Assembly (NCBI GenBank): GCA_032718475.1
Contig: JAUCBJ010004980.1
Coordinates: forward strand, 1-64,000
Direction of reading: 5' to 3'
DNA length: 64,000 nt
DNA from: Nemertoderma westbladi
Taxonomy: Eukaryota > Animalia > Xenacoelomorpha
Positions 50,222 through 62,512 of this stretch are shown piece by piece. Positions within the stretch are counted from its first letter, which is position 1. Each line of letters opens with the position of its first letter. Made by a program: the position numbers and the translations under genes. The notes beneath the pieces were generated by a model, which was not told the DNA's origin, did no database searches, and saw only the letters and a program-made list of their open reading frames with translations.

Positions 50222-50795
50222 GTTCGAATACGTAAGGGAAAGACATGGGCAGCCTTGAATAGGCTTTCCAGGATTTGGAAGTCACCGATAATTAATCGGA
50301 AACTTAAGGTCCGATTATTTAGAGCAGCAGTAGTTCCAGTACTCCTCTACGGGAGTCCATGCTGGGCTCTAACTGCTGAGGACACCAAATCTCTGGATGG
50401 CACATTCACAAGAATGCTACGCCGGGTTCATTGTGTCAAGTACAATGCACACATCTCCAACCATACACTATATAACATTGGAGGTGTCTCATTGGTTCCC
50501 CCAAGCTTGACACTAGAACAAAATCGCCTCCGCTTTGCAGGACATTGCTTTCGCCGTGAGGACCAGCCAGTGCATAATCTTGTACTTTGGCAGCCTCATG
50601 GAGTGAATAAGCATGGTGGACAGCCTATGACTTTCTTGAGACTCATCTTAAAGGACACTGGCCTTAAAGATGCGGATGATCTAGCAAATGTCATGGGTGA
50701 TAGGGAGTTGTGGCGGTGCAATTTTGTTGACAAGCCGGCACAGCATTCTTAAAAATGCAGCTGCAATGCAGCATGCCGATCCTAGTAGTAGTAGT
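50222..50795 (+). mobile_element. RTE-clade LINE, 5'-truncated
   Basis: RIRKGKTW..KVRLFRAAVVPVLLYGS..RLRFAGH; (TAG)n tail; flanked by gtttggtt on both sides. Confidence 0.92.
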
Positions 50796-51644
50796 TTGGT
50801 TAATTCTTTGTAAAATAATTATTGGGATTAACATCATATATATATGCACATATTATGATAACAATAAAGTAATAGGAACGCATTTTAAACAAACATGTTC
50901 AGCATGATCCGGTCTCTTGAATATAATTTTGGGTTGAACAATCATTTAATCATCATTTAATTATGAAGGGACACAATGATGACTACATACGTTTGAACAG
51001 ATAGGAACATGTTGATTCTCTGTTTCCAATTAAATTTACTTGCTTGATATTGGTCTGTCAGAAATATATTTCGCTCAACCCAAAATTATGCACATATTAT
51101 GTATATGGTCCCTCATATACAGTATGATCTGTCACCTGTGTTCACATACAGTATAATAAGCATAATGTCAATTTCTTTGGTTATATTTCTTTAGTAATAA
51201 ATTTATTTAGTTATAATCAGCATTAATGAATATTCCATTGTCATATGCAGCAAACATTCTGTCCATTATTTCCTCGCTGTTACTTTCACCGGAAAATTTA
51301 TAACATAGTACATAAAGGTTGTTCGCAAGCGCGTCAAAGCGCGTCAAAATTGACATGAAAAGAAACATCAACATATCTACAATCTTCAAAACTGTTTGGC
51401 CTATATTTCGCCTCTGGTACCATCGCAATTGAGTTTCTGGAAACAACAATGATTAATATAATTTCTGCAGCAAACATGATTAGTAGTAATGTTGTGGTTG
51501 AAAGTGACACAAAGGAGAGGGTTAGTATATATACAAAAACAATATCATATACCAAATATACGAAATATTAAAAATAAATGTGGGTAGCTGGAATCAACCC
51601 GTAACCCGACCTACTTAAAAGAATAATATACAACAGTTTAACAA

Positions 51645-52010
51645 GTCTAATTTTCATCTTCATTATCGAAATCTATCTTCATAGCAACAGCGTTATGCTG
51701 TTTCTGTCTCTTGTCTGACCTGATGAATTGTCTGAAGAACTGCTACCACGTTAGAAGTATATTGGTACTACTTATTTCCACTTGCTAGTGATTCAAGCCA
51801 ACTTTAGACTTGAATAGGATTCCCTTGAGACCCTTCTTGTCTGGGAAGAAGAGCATTAGCCAATGGCTGTTGAGCATACAGATGAATCTGAGATTTACAG
51901 CATACATGCCACTTCACGCTACAGCAGGTCCGCAATCCACTTTCCAAGCCGAAGGTGAAGGGTGCACAAAAACCAACTTCAATGCGACCTCTGTAACCTG
52001 GCAATCATGT
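51645..52010. repeat. Interspersed repeat homologous to 40860-41290
   Basis: Shared sequence blocks as listed for 40860-41290. Confidence 0.6.
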
Positions 52011-52129
52011 ATGTTCAGCATATTTGCTGAACTAGTTTTATGGGAACTAGTTTTATATTTAACTAGTTATATTTTTTGACGGTTAATCACCTACTGGATC
52101 CAGCACCTTCAATCTTGACAAAGCTGCCT

Positions 52130-52365
52130 CCGCTTTGCAGTACATTGCTTTCACCGTGAGGACCAGCCAGTGCACAATCTTGTGTTTTGGCAGACTCATA
52201 AGCATGGCGGACAGCCCATGACTTTCTTGAGACGCATCTTTAAGGACACTGGCCTGAAGGATGCGGATAATCTCGCGAACACCAATGGAGTGGATAGGGA
52301 GTTGCTCAATTTTGTCAATAAGACGATATAACATTCTTAATGCAAGCTGTATTGCAGCATGCCTA
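52130..52365 (+). mobile_element. Older, diverged RTE 3' fragment
   Basis: cgctttgcag.acattgctttc.ccgtgaggaccagccagtgca ... gcagcatgcc aligns to the 50222 copy. Confidence 0.8.
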
Positions 52366-53140
52366 TTAGGGATTGTGAGGAGCCTGGCAATCTATAGTGT
52401 GGTATTTACTTCAACAGCAATAGAAATATGATGGGCCTTTACTATCTATGGTGCAGTGGGACTATGTAACGAGAGTGATTTAAGATCTGGACTAATGGCT
52501 GATTGTAGAGTGTGGATATGTTCTGCCGAACTCCCTATTTATGACCCCAGATAGAAAAAGTATGAACATGACCCGAATATCCAACAATAATGGTTGGATC
52601 GGCACTGGTACTTTCTATTTTTTTTTGCATCCAAAAAAGGAAATTATTGCTCCAATAGTCATGAGAGCTGCCCACATGGATGGGGCACGGAGGAATTTTT
52701 GTTTCGACACGAATACTTTCAAAGGACTAGCCATACCCAGGCCACATATCAGCCTTGCATCATTAAATGGTATATAAATGAGTACCAGTTTCAACCTGCG
52801 ATTATAGGTCTGTGGGGCACTAGAAATAAGTCGTCAGACTTTGTGCGTATTCTGTGGTGTATTGGCCGAATAAAGCTTTACTTGCTATTTTACTCATTTT
52901 ACTTTTCTTTGGATTACTGGGGCACTGCAGCAACCTGCCGACAATCTTGTAAAAAATGTTAGTTATACATAATAAATAATCAACAACGTTAATTATAAAT
53001 TTAGGGAGAGGAACAGGTACGGTGATATGGGTAGGTTTTTCTAACCAAAATAACAATAAAGGCCTGTTTACTTTTAGACCAACTTTCTGGGCAACTTGTA
53101 GAGAAACCCAGGTTGCCGATCAAGTAAAAAAAGCAAACAG

Positions 53141-53230
53141 TCGGCCGAGGCCGGAGGCAACCCGAAGGCTCCTCTTTCGATAGCTGCTACCCGAGGGTAG
53201 GGGTGGGCGCTACTCCTATCCCAAGTCGCT
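53141..53230 (-). mobile_element. GC-rich SINE-like fragment
   Basis: Minus strand gggataggagtagcgcccacccctaccctcgggtagcagcta...gagccttcgggttgcc resembles invertebrate SINE bodies; it sits within an aagttgc-repeat MITE-like stretch (~53058-53546). Confidence 0.4.
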
Positions 53231-54049
53231 TAGTGTAAACACTTAAAAAAGTTGCTGTAAAACTTTCTCAACTTTTACGGCAACTTGAAGGAATTTGCAT
53301 TGGCGAATTAAAGCGGGATAATCAAATTAAATTATCAAAAACTAGCTAGTAGATAAAATGACCCACTATTTTACAGTCAAACTAACCAAAGTTACTCTAA
53401 AAGTTGCCGGCCAAGTTGCTGGTAAAGTTGCTGGTAAAGTTGCCAAGTGTAAACAAAACAGCGATTACATTAAATTGCTCCAAAAAAGAAGTTGCTAGTT
53501 GCCGAGAAAGTTGCTCTAAAAGTTGCAACATGTAAACTTTCCTTAACGTCAAATATATGTGGGTATCTAAGTAATTCCGAAGGCCATGGTCCACCACGAC
53601 TTTGAACCAAAATGTCCCTGGATTAAGTGGAAATGAATATTACGGATCCGACATTTGAATATTGATCTAATCACATCAACGACTATCAATTTTGTTTTTA
53701 TGTTCCACATAAAAACAACTGTGTCTAGAACACAGTCTGTAAGATGTCTGAAGTTTTTTCACTGAACCTTGCATGGGAGCATATAGTAAATGTTTTGCAT
53801 GAATTTAGGAGGTAATATGATTGTCGTCAATCAATCAATAAATCTATTCAAAATATTGTCTCCAGAAAGTTATTGTATAGACAGTGCATCCATTACCGCA
53901 TTTTGGTAGTAAATTAACTGCCGAAAATGAACGAATTTGACGATTCCATTACAGATAAATTTTTAGTGGAATACATCATAGGAACCCCTCTTATGATACA
54001 CTTTTATGACAATTTTCCTTGGAGTATCGAAAATTAACTTACTTTTCCA

Positions 54050-54340
54050 TATAGTCATGATATATTGTCCAGTGTATAATTTTGCCATTTTTGGGATACA
54101 ATGATGCCAGTTGGGCATCAGACGGATTATTGATGAAAATCACCTAAAACATTATGCTTCCACACAATGTAAAATACGAAATCAGCCCGATAATAGTGTT
54201 AGTTGATTGAATAACTATTTATTCATTGATTAAATACTATCCTCCGAAAGGCTCATTGGTAAAATTTAATTTCCTATTAACCATGTCGTGAAATTGGAAT
54301 ACTGTCGAATGAACCTCCCCATCACAAATTTCCTACAAAA
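54050..54340 (-). pseudogene. Pif1-family helicase relic (possibly Helitron-derived)
   Basis: TNEPFGG at ~54241-54260, then tttag|GDFHQ at ~54143; these match the PFGG and GDFxQ Pif1 motifs. Confidence 0.5.
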
Positions 54341-56594
54341 TCTTGATTAATTTGCATTACATTGCATTCAGGACTTCTTGCTCTTAGTATTCTTAAAATC
54401 TTAATATTTTTTAAAGAAATAATACAAAATGCTAATATTTTTTAAAATAATTAATTCGTTATGTTCTCGGGGTTCCCTCTGCTCTGCCAGTAACCCCCCC
54501 CCCCCACCCCTTGTGTGCTAACACTTACACTTAAAAGTGTGCTTACACCTGTCACTTAAACTCTATATAGAATTCGGAAGTACGTCTACAGTCATATCCA
54601 ACACATCCGTTCAGAGTTCAGTTAATGTCCTACCCACTGTACATTAATAGAGGTGTATAAGATATGCAATAACAAATTATACTTTGTTTCAGACATCTGA
54701 TTAAGCATTAATTAGAGATAAATTAATTTGTTTTTAAACACAACGGTAATATATTGAACTATTCGGTAAAGTGGAAATTAAATATTTGCCAAAAATATAA
54801 TCGCCATAAATAAAAAATATAAAAATATAATAACAATATTAAAATGCAAGGGAATGTCTCGGTTGTACTTCTAAATGGCAAATGATTACATTTTTATTAA
54901 AACTGTATGGGTGGTCGCTCCAACGATATATAGTCCTGGTCCAGGATTCCTGGTGCCAGCACCAGCCACTGCTTAGGTTGTACCCAAGGAAATGGAAATG
55001 TCCCATATATTTGACACGGCTCGGCTGATCAACCATACGTCCCGCCGTCGCTTTACAGTATATTAGCAATGTATGTGCAATGCACTTAATATCGCGTACT
55101 TGTAAAGATTAGGCCCATTACACATTACACATACATACATGTAGGCCCTACCAGACGCGTTCGTGCAGTCAATCATTAGTTTGTCAGCTGTCAAGGATAA
55201 CCCCAAGTCAACATTACTGTGAAGCACTATCGTACTCGTGCGTGCTGACCGAGTGATTTCTGTATTTGCCGATATTTCAACATACAGTTAGTGTAGATCA
55301 TGCACATGTATAAAAAGAATACGCCACATATAATGAACATTATTTTTGAGACAAACGGCCTTTTTGAGAGAATACCCTACTGCAGTCAGAGCCGAATGTT
55401 TATCAGGTATTCTCGCTTATTCTCAAATAAAGTGTTTGGCTAAATAATAAGGTGATATAAATGTGTATCGCCTTTTTTTTTACACATTGCTGGGGCAACA
55501 AACAGGTGATATATCCGTATAATCCTGATTTTTCGAGGTAATATACTGAATTGTTTTTTACTAAACGGTGTTGTTGTTTTACTGAACTGATTGTGAAATA
55601 TTATGAGATTATACTAGCTAGTAATCGATAATACTGCTAAAAAGATGTATATTTAAAGCGGTGTTACGCAAGGTGGAACTGTGAGGAAATTAGCTAAACT
55701 TAATCTTCACGTTTTATGTTGATTTTGGAGAGAATACGCCTACCATAACGGATTTCAATTTCACTCCATAATGATTTCCTTATGTAATTTTCTTATCAGT
55801 CCGTGTGGATTTGCCCAATAATAAAGTAGTACAAAGCTTTCGTAAGAATGCGAAATTAAAATGACTAAAGAAAATAAATTGAGATGCATTACTGTTGCCA
55901 AAATAAAGAATTTTCAAATTAGTATTGCTTTGTAGCCTACTGTAGCCTAAGAGAGGCGAACTGTAGCATTGGAGGCGGACAACAATGTTTAGATGATAAC
56001 CTCTCGTTTTCTCCGTAAGGGGCTTCTTGAGTCGAAACTTCAAAGATGAAAGAAAGAAAGTCTGTAATAATATATATGGAAACAAAACGACAGTGGGTGT
56101 GGTTGAGCATCGAACATAATTACAAACTAATTGATTTATCATTTTAATAAATTCTAAAGTACTGTACAGCAAAACTCTGCGCATGAAAGTAACTAATTTC
56201 TTTTACCCACCCTCAGCCAAAAGCTCGAATAAACCAGCTAATCCAGCCTATGAACCAGTTGATAAATACATGGATTCTGCCAATTTACCCGCCAATGAAC
56301 CCGTCAATTTACCCAAGGAACTCATGGATCCAGTCGATAAACAAGAGGATGCGGTCAATGAACTCATTGACCCAGCTGATAAACAGGCAGCAGTCCTCTG
56401 GCCTGGGAGAGCGCGGGAATCCATACAGCTATGGCCTTAGGCCCGGGTGACGACAAACAACCACCAATGGATATTACTAGTGTAAATGTCCCAATACAGA
56501 ATCCACTTTGTGATAACAAACAAAATAAATATTTTCATAATGAAATAAGTATTTTCCAAATACCAGTACATGTAATTCGGTATTAGTAGATGAT

Positions 56595-57721
56595 TTGCAA
56601 AATAATGAGTCCTGGAAACCACCGGGTAATAGTACGATAGGAAAATCGCAGCAAAAAACCTTAGATGAAAACATGAACATAAGACAGAATCACAAAAATA
56701 ACAGCACTAAATATATTCTAAAGAATAATGGGGGAGCAGGGGCTGTTTTTGAAACACATCAGACCAAATTTGTGGGTCGGGGCCACTCTCAACTCAAATT
56801 TTCTGACATATGGGATAGGTCTCAGAACTCAGACAGTGGAAATGGAAAACCTGGCGAAACATCAGCAGCCAACGTGGGAATTCATGTATACCCAGATGAG
56901 GATCTTGACATTAATGAGGTATCCTTAGTTAAGGCTGCAACTCGACAGTCAAAACCCCGGCAACTGGTTCTGGTTAAAGAAGGAGACACGGACTGGAACT
57001 ATTTAGGTTTAAAACAACCTGTCTCTACAACAATTGTAGACTCCTTTCTGTTGATACTTGCAATATCCACTCCATCAGTTTCCTGCATCGACACTGCACT
57101 GTACACTAAGATACACCAAACCAGGTTTGATCCAGCCGCAGCAATAAATTATATCACAGCATGCTGCGACATAGACAGCCAGATATATATCTTTCTTCCT
57201 GATTGCAACGGATCACACTTTGTAATCCACATTGCCAACCCGTTGGAGCGCACAGTTCATACTATGTGTAGTCTTAATTGCACCACCCTACCAAACAAAG
57301 TCTATCTGTTTTATGCTAAACATAATAGACAAGATTCGTGGAAAGCCTGACAGCGTCAGGAGTTGGACAGTGGACACCAATTGAATATACATCTACTTCC
57401 CCAGGACAGATAAATGGATACGATTGTGGGCCGTTTATTTGCTTATACGCCCTCGCCATCACAACTGGTAGTACTTCATTGCACCCTTCTTTCATCAACA
57501 GCGGGCACTTACGATACTGGCTGCGGTTATGCTTCTACATGCTAAAGTTCCTGCAACAACTTTATCCAATAGTACAACATAAGGTGGGCTTGCTTCCCGC
57601 ATACCATCTTCATCATCAGGGGCCAACCAAAGCAGAATACTGCTGGTTGCACGGTGACTCAACAAACAACATTGGTGCACTCTCAGGGATTCTTTGGCTT
57701 TGCTTCTCTTGCACTCTTTGA
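56595..57721 (+). pseudogene. Ulp1/SENP (peptidase C48)-like domain, frameshifted at ~57345
   Basis: IFLPDCNGSHFVIHIAN (catalytic His) and QINGYDCGPFICLYA (Q.N..DCG, catalytic Cys). Confidence 0.75.
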
Positions 57722-59400
57722 CAATATTGGATCAGCCCAAGACTTCATTAACGCTGCAAGAAAAGCAAAGCTTCTTCAGAATCCTAAGGAAGTGTTTGCT
57801 AAGTCCCTAACCCCTCTTGGGCTCACTAAGCTCACTCATCTTCAAAAGCTGCTCTTCAAGAATATCATGCAAGATATTGTAGGCAGTTCTTCAGGGTTGA
57901 ACATCAATTTAATAAACAGAAGGTCAGTTGAGGAACTCTCCTTGGATGTGGTGGAATGTTCTTTGACATATGAAATTAAAACACTAACAGCTGGGTTCAA
58001 AAAGCGCGTAAATGTATCCAACATTATATCCACCAATTAATTTGTGGACTTAGTCACAACCATACAAGTTGAAGTGAAATCACTTAAGGGAAAAGTCCAG
58101 AACAGATGGAAGCAAAGCATAATAAAACAATAATTTGCACAACAGCGGATGACTCTACTCACGACAATAACAGCTTATATACGGACGAAGATGACAGCAA
58201 TGAAAAGATACAGAACAGTGAGATAGAATGTATAAAAAGCACACCAACAACTAATATTATAATACCCTCAGTGAAGAATCTGTCACAGTCGAGGAAGTGC
58301 TTTGCAGTAATACATCATGGCAGAAGCCTGTAGAATCTAACCCAGTCAAATCAAGTCGTGAATCAACTACAAGTACTGGAATTAAAATATCCAACAAATA
58401 TGAGGAGCTTGATTGTGATTCCAAGAAAGCCCTCCTGATACAGCAGCAAAGTAAATTTTGTGTGGGCCTTCAAAAGATTCCAAGCGAAGTAAATATTCAA
58501 TCCTGCATGCCACAAGGGAACAAACAGTTAAGAAAAAACGAAGGACCTGAGCCCAGACTATATGAGGACCAAAAAGTGGAGGATCCACAGATTAAGCCCC
58601 TTGGCAATGGTTATCAAGGGACAAATGATGATAATACAGATCTAAGGACAGTAATTGTTACGGGACTACGATACGGGATATTGTTACGGATACCTTCCCG
58701 TTTGGTGGAAGCAGAGACGAGATAAAGAGAGTGAACTTTTATTTGTTGGTAGTCCGACTACCAACCAAATACAAGTTCAGTCTCTTTATCTCGTCTCTGC
58801 TTCCACCAAACGGGAAGGTATCCTCTAAACGTAATGTCAAGGGCCAATCCGGTTACTTGAAGTCTGCAGTGGTAACCATTGAGAAATTAGAACTAAGGAC
58901 TTACCTACAACAATCTCTCTGGCCAGGGAACAACCCTACAGTATATCAGCAACATTACAAGCCTACAATGCAAGTGAAAAAAGCGAGATACACCTCAACC
59001 CAACCCAGTGAATCTCTTTCCTATACAAACCCCAGTCTAAATACGATGCAGGGGGAGATAAATATCTCAAAATGCAGTAGTAATCAGAACTGGAACTAGG
59101 CAATAAACCACAATGGCCCCTACCCAGACTACATATCAAATTACGGCAGCGAATGGTATAATCATCACCCATATAAACGAGTTTGTAGGAAAACTCTTCT
59201 CCCTGATCCAGTATATAACAACATTTATTTCAGCAGGAGCCAACATTACCCGAGAAATAACAGCCCATATATATCTAATCAAGCAGCCCAACCATCATGG
59301 AACAGACAATTGTCTACCATCAACTGTAGCTCGATGTATAACAACAAATTTGTACCAAACAATCGTTTTAAATCGTTCAATGCTAAAACTCCAAACATGT
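57654..59400 (+). pseudogene. Continuation of a LINE ORF1-like region (coiled-coil, RRM-like)
   Basis: Consecutive same-strand ORF fragments; RTVIVTGL|PTKYKF...KSAVVT is RRM-like once the 58670-58761 insert is removed. Confidence 0.45.
58688..58823. repeat. Near-perfect ~67-bp-arm palindrome
   Basis: ggataccttcccgtttggtggaagcagagacgagataaagaga...gtagtc c gactac...tctctttatctcgtctctgcttccaccaaacgggaaggtatcc. Confidence 0.95.
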
Positions 59401-59546
59401 TGATGCCTGTTACGCAAGGGAACGCGAGATGCCTGTTACGCAAATGTGTATGCGTCACTAGAAATACGGTATTTAATGATAAGACTAATCCGTGCAATAA
59501 TGACGGTATGCGGGGGGGGGGAAACATTCTACAGAATAATGGCAAC

Positions 59547-60618
59547 ATGTCAGTCATCACGTTTAAATGCAAGGGATATAAGAGGAATAACATATATGTA
59601 AGGAAACTTGCAGCGGGAAAACAGCCAGATATATTAATCATTCAGGAGCAGTGGTTAACAGCCAGGGAAGCCATATTCTATTTTGGTCAAAGAAGTCAAT
59701 TACCACCTGGTTATTTTGCTTATTCTAATGTCTCTGATGGAATGTTGAAATCCAAATGTAGAGTTCGGGGGGGAAGGAGGCAGTGCCATCTTGATAAAGG
59801 ATTATCTAAGGCCATATGTGAACTTAGTCAAGACAGCTTGTGATAGAATATTGGCTATATCAATTAAGGGTCTTTTCACCAAAAATATACTGCTGGCTGG
59901 GGTTTATATGCCTTGTTATGGAACTAGTTAAGACCGTGACAGCTATATAAGTACAATGGCTAACCTAGGTGTTATTTTGGAAGATGCCAATGATAATAAC
60001 CTAGATATTATTGTAGCAGGAGATATCAATGGAAACACTGTGGCCCCATATGAAGATCCAGATACCTTTAACAGTACACAAGTTTCAAATTTTGGGCCTC
60101 TCTTTTGCGGAAACATTCTATACCAATATGATTTGATGCCATCTACTTTAACCTCCTGTACCACAGGTCCACTGATATCCTACCGTTTCAAAAACGTATA
60201 TGGGGATGTAGTAAGGTCTTCCTTTATAGATCACATAGTACATTAGAAACTCCTCCTTAGCAAAGTATTCGAAACAGATTTTTCAAACAAATCCGACCAT
60301 GTACCAGTGAGCTCCATATATACATTGAATCTTCTTGCAAGCTCAAAATATACATTGAAAGATGACAAGCAATGGAAAAGGGATAAAACACCAATATTCT
60401 TATTCAACGAGGCTACAAAAGATCAGTTAGGTAAATATAAAGATGATGTGAGCAAGGGAATACTGGCTTCTGCCAAAATAGTTTCTGAAGAGATGGAAAC
60501 AGCTTCTGACACACCACCATTGAGTGGACATCTTGGGTGGTGTGCCGATGTATCAGACAATCAGATTAAGGTAAAGACAACACTTTTTAGAGAAACGAAT
60601 AGGAGTGAACAAAGCTAA
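59547..60618 (+). pseudogene. LINE ORF2 APE endonuclease (RTEX/Proto2-like), truncated before RT
   Basis: VITFKCKG, DILIIQEQWL, RGG, GVYMP, IVAGDING, FIDHIV, SDHVPV. Confidence 0.85.
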
Positions 60619-60937
60619 CTTCATAGGATACTGTATGTTACCCATTACATTATACTTAATTAAAAGGATATCAAAATTCGTGGATGGACATGGATAGGTA
60701 TAAAACTCAGATATGAATTTATGTGGTAATTCAGTAACTCTCAGTTGTATTTTATCGTTTTCGCAGTGTTTCAATATCCCCGCAATTATAAATATAGACT
60801 TCGTTTCTTTACACATTATAATATTCTCACCTTTTTCAAACGTTTTTTTTCAATTTTTGTTTATATGATGCGAGTTCACGATATGATATAAATGCATTTC
60901 TATCTTTGGTAATCATATTAATACTCCGTCTAAGTGT

Positions 60938-61440
60938 TCAATGTTCTTTCATGTGTTTATCAATTTTCCACCGTTCCAATAGGTCAATGGATCTCGGTCT
61001 TCTGAAGAACTCTGATGGCACTAAACCCACCTGATAATGTATGCCAGAACGAATTGCATTTATATCTCTAGAATGTAGACGGATATACAGTGGCGGGCCT
61101 TGTAACCATCCAAGTAATAATTGACGCATATTGTCTAAATAAAGAAGATGCATCCCATAAACAGGAGTTTGATTCACTATGTCGAAATATTTTAAACCTA
61201 AGAGTGGTGTACCTGTACTGCCAATGTGATGATTCTGATGAATGCTTTATCTTTTTTTGGTACATAAGTGTCAACAGTTCTATGCTCACAAACACATTGT
61301 GGAAATATCATTCGATTGTTGTACCAGGTTCCAGTACATGCGCACTTATCACATCCCCCATAACCAGTATGACCCTTTGTTTGCAATATATATGTTTTGG
61401 CAGGATAGTCACAAATAATGAATTGCACCTGAAATTTTCA
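60938..61440 (-). pseudogene. CACTA/EnSpm (CMC) transposase fragment
   Basis: ICDYPAK...KGHTGYGGCDKC, MHLLYL, PSEFFRRPRS...RWK. Confidence 0.85.
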
Positions 61441-61692
61441 CAATTTACTATTCCTATTAATACCATTGTCGCTTAATGCAATTGCTTCATAAACAAAATC
61501 ATTGAGATACTTATCCAATGAGCCCGGTTTACCACCACCCCCCCCCCCCCCCCCCCCCCCTACAATAATTTGCTATCACAAAATGGTGATGAAACAATTT
61601 CTAAATTGCTCAATATTCCCAAAATTGGCCAAAACTGCACTTTTGAACTATCGAAAAATGGAAGACCATCTACAATCTACATTAGTCTTTAA

Positions 61693-61848
61693 CCCTATTA
61701 AACCCAGGGGGGGGGGGGGGGGGGGGGGTCAATATGACCCATTCGTGGTTTAACTCTGAAACAAACGTAGTTGAGAATCTGAAACTTTTTGACTTTTCCT
61801 AAAAATCTATTACCTACCTAATAGTGAAAACCGTTTTAAAAAATATTG
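61693..61848 (+). mobile_element. Left end of the piggyBac-type element (truncated third copy)
   Basis: TTAA|CCCTATTAAACCC poly-G gtcaatatgaccc...ctgaaacaaacg.agttg.gaatctgaaa. Confidence 0.85.
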
Positions 61849-62237
61849 GAGATTTTAAATTTCCAAATGTTGCCGTTATTCCCGACACCATGGGGGAAAA
61901 CGCCGATGCTGGAGGCGGAACTTTTAAACCACGGAGTTCCGGCCAGTCACCGGATATTGGGAGTGGAGAAGGAATACTTTCTTAAATGCAAGATTGCGGT
62001 TGAGAAAAAGTTGCATTGGTTGGATATAATCTTTAATGTAACTTTCCTTCAGTTGAATCTTGATTGAGAATAAGTTGGGCTTTCCCACATCAATATACAC
62101 CAAATATTCACAATAATATACGACAATATAAATTCCTACAGTACATTATTTAATTACCCACTGTTCACTTTAGATTTTAACCTAACTAATGTTCCCCAAT
62201 TTTCCCTCGGTCCTAGTCTCGGTACCGTAGTGTCGGT

Positions 62238-62512
62238 GTCGGTCGACCCTGTTGCGTGTCCATCCCACCCTTCCCAAACCCCGAAGGGATCGGTCATCAG
62301 GAAAGCGGTATGGCTTGGCTAAGGGTCAGTCAAGTCGGTAGACCCGGTTGCGTGTCCGTCCCACCCTTCCCGAACCCCGAAGGGATCGGTCATCAGGAAA
62401 GCGGTACGGCTTGGCTAGGGGTCTGTCGAGTCGGTGGACCCATTTGCGTGTCCGTCCCACCCTTCCCGAACCCCGAAGGGATCGGTCATCAGGAAAGCAG
62501 TACGGCTTGGCT
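62238..62512. repeat. GC-rich 96-bp tandem repeat (~3 copies)
   Basis: gcgtgtcc occurs at 62254, 62350 and 62446; the array is interrupted by the RTE tail. Confidence 0.92.

Noticed and set aside
62238-62512. SECIS element in the 96-bp repeat
   Set aside because: An AUGA/GA core is present, but the upper helix is only ~8 bp, the loop lacks the AA motif, and no selenoprotein ORF is adjacent.
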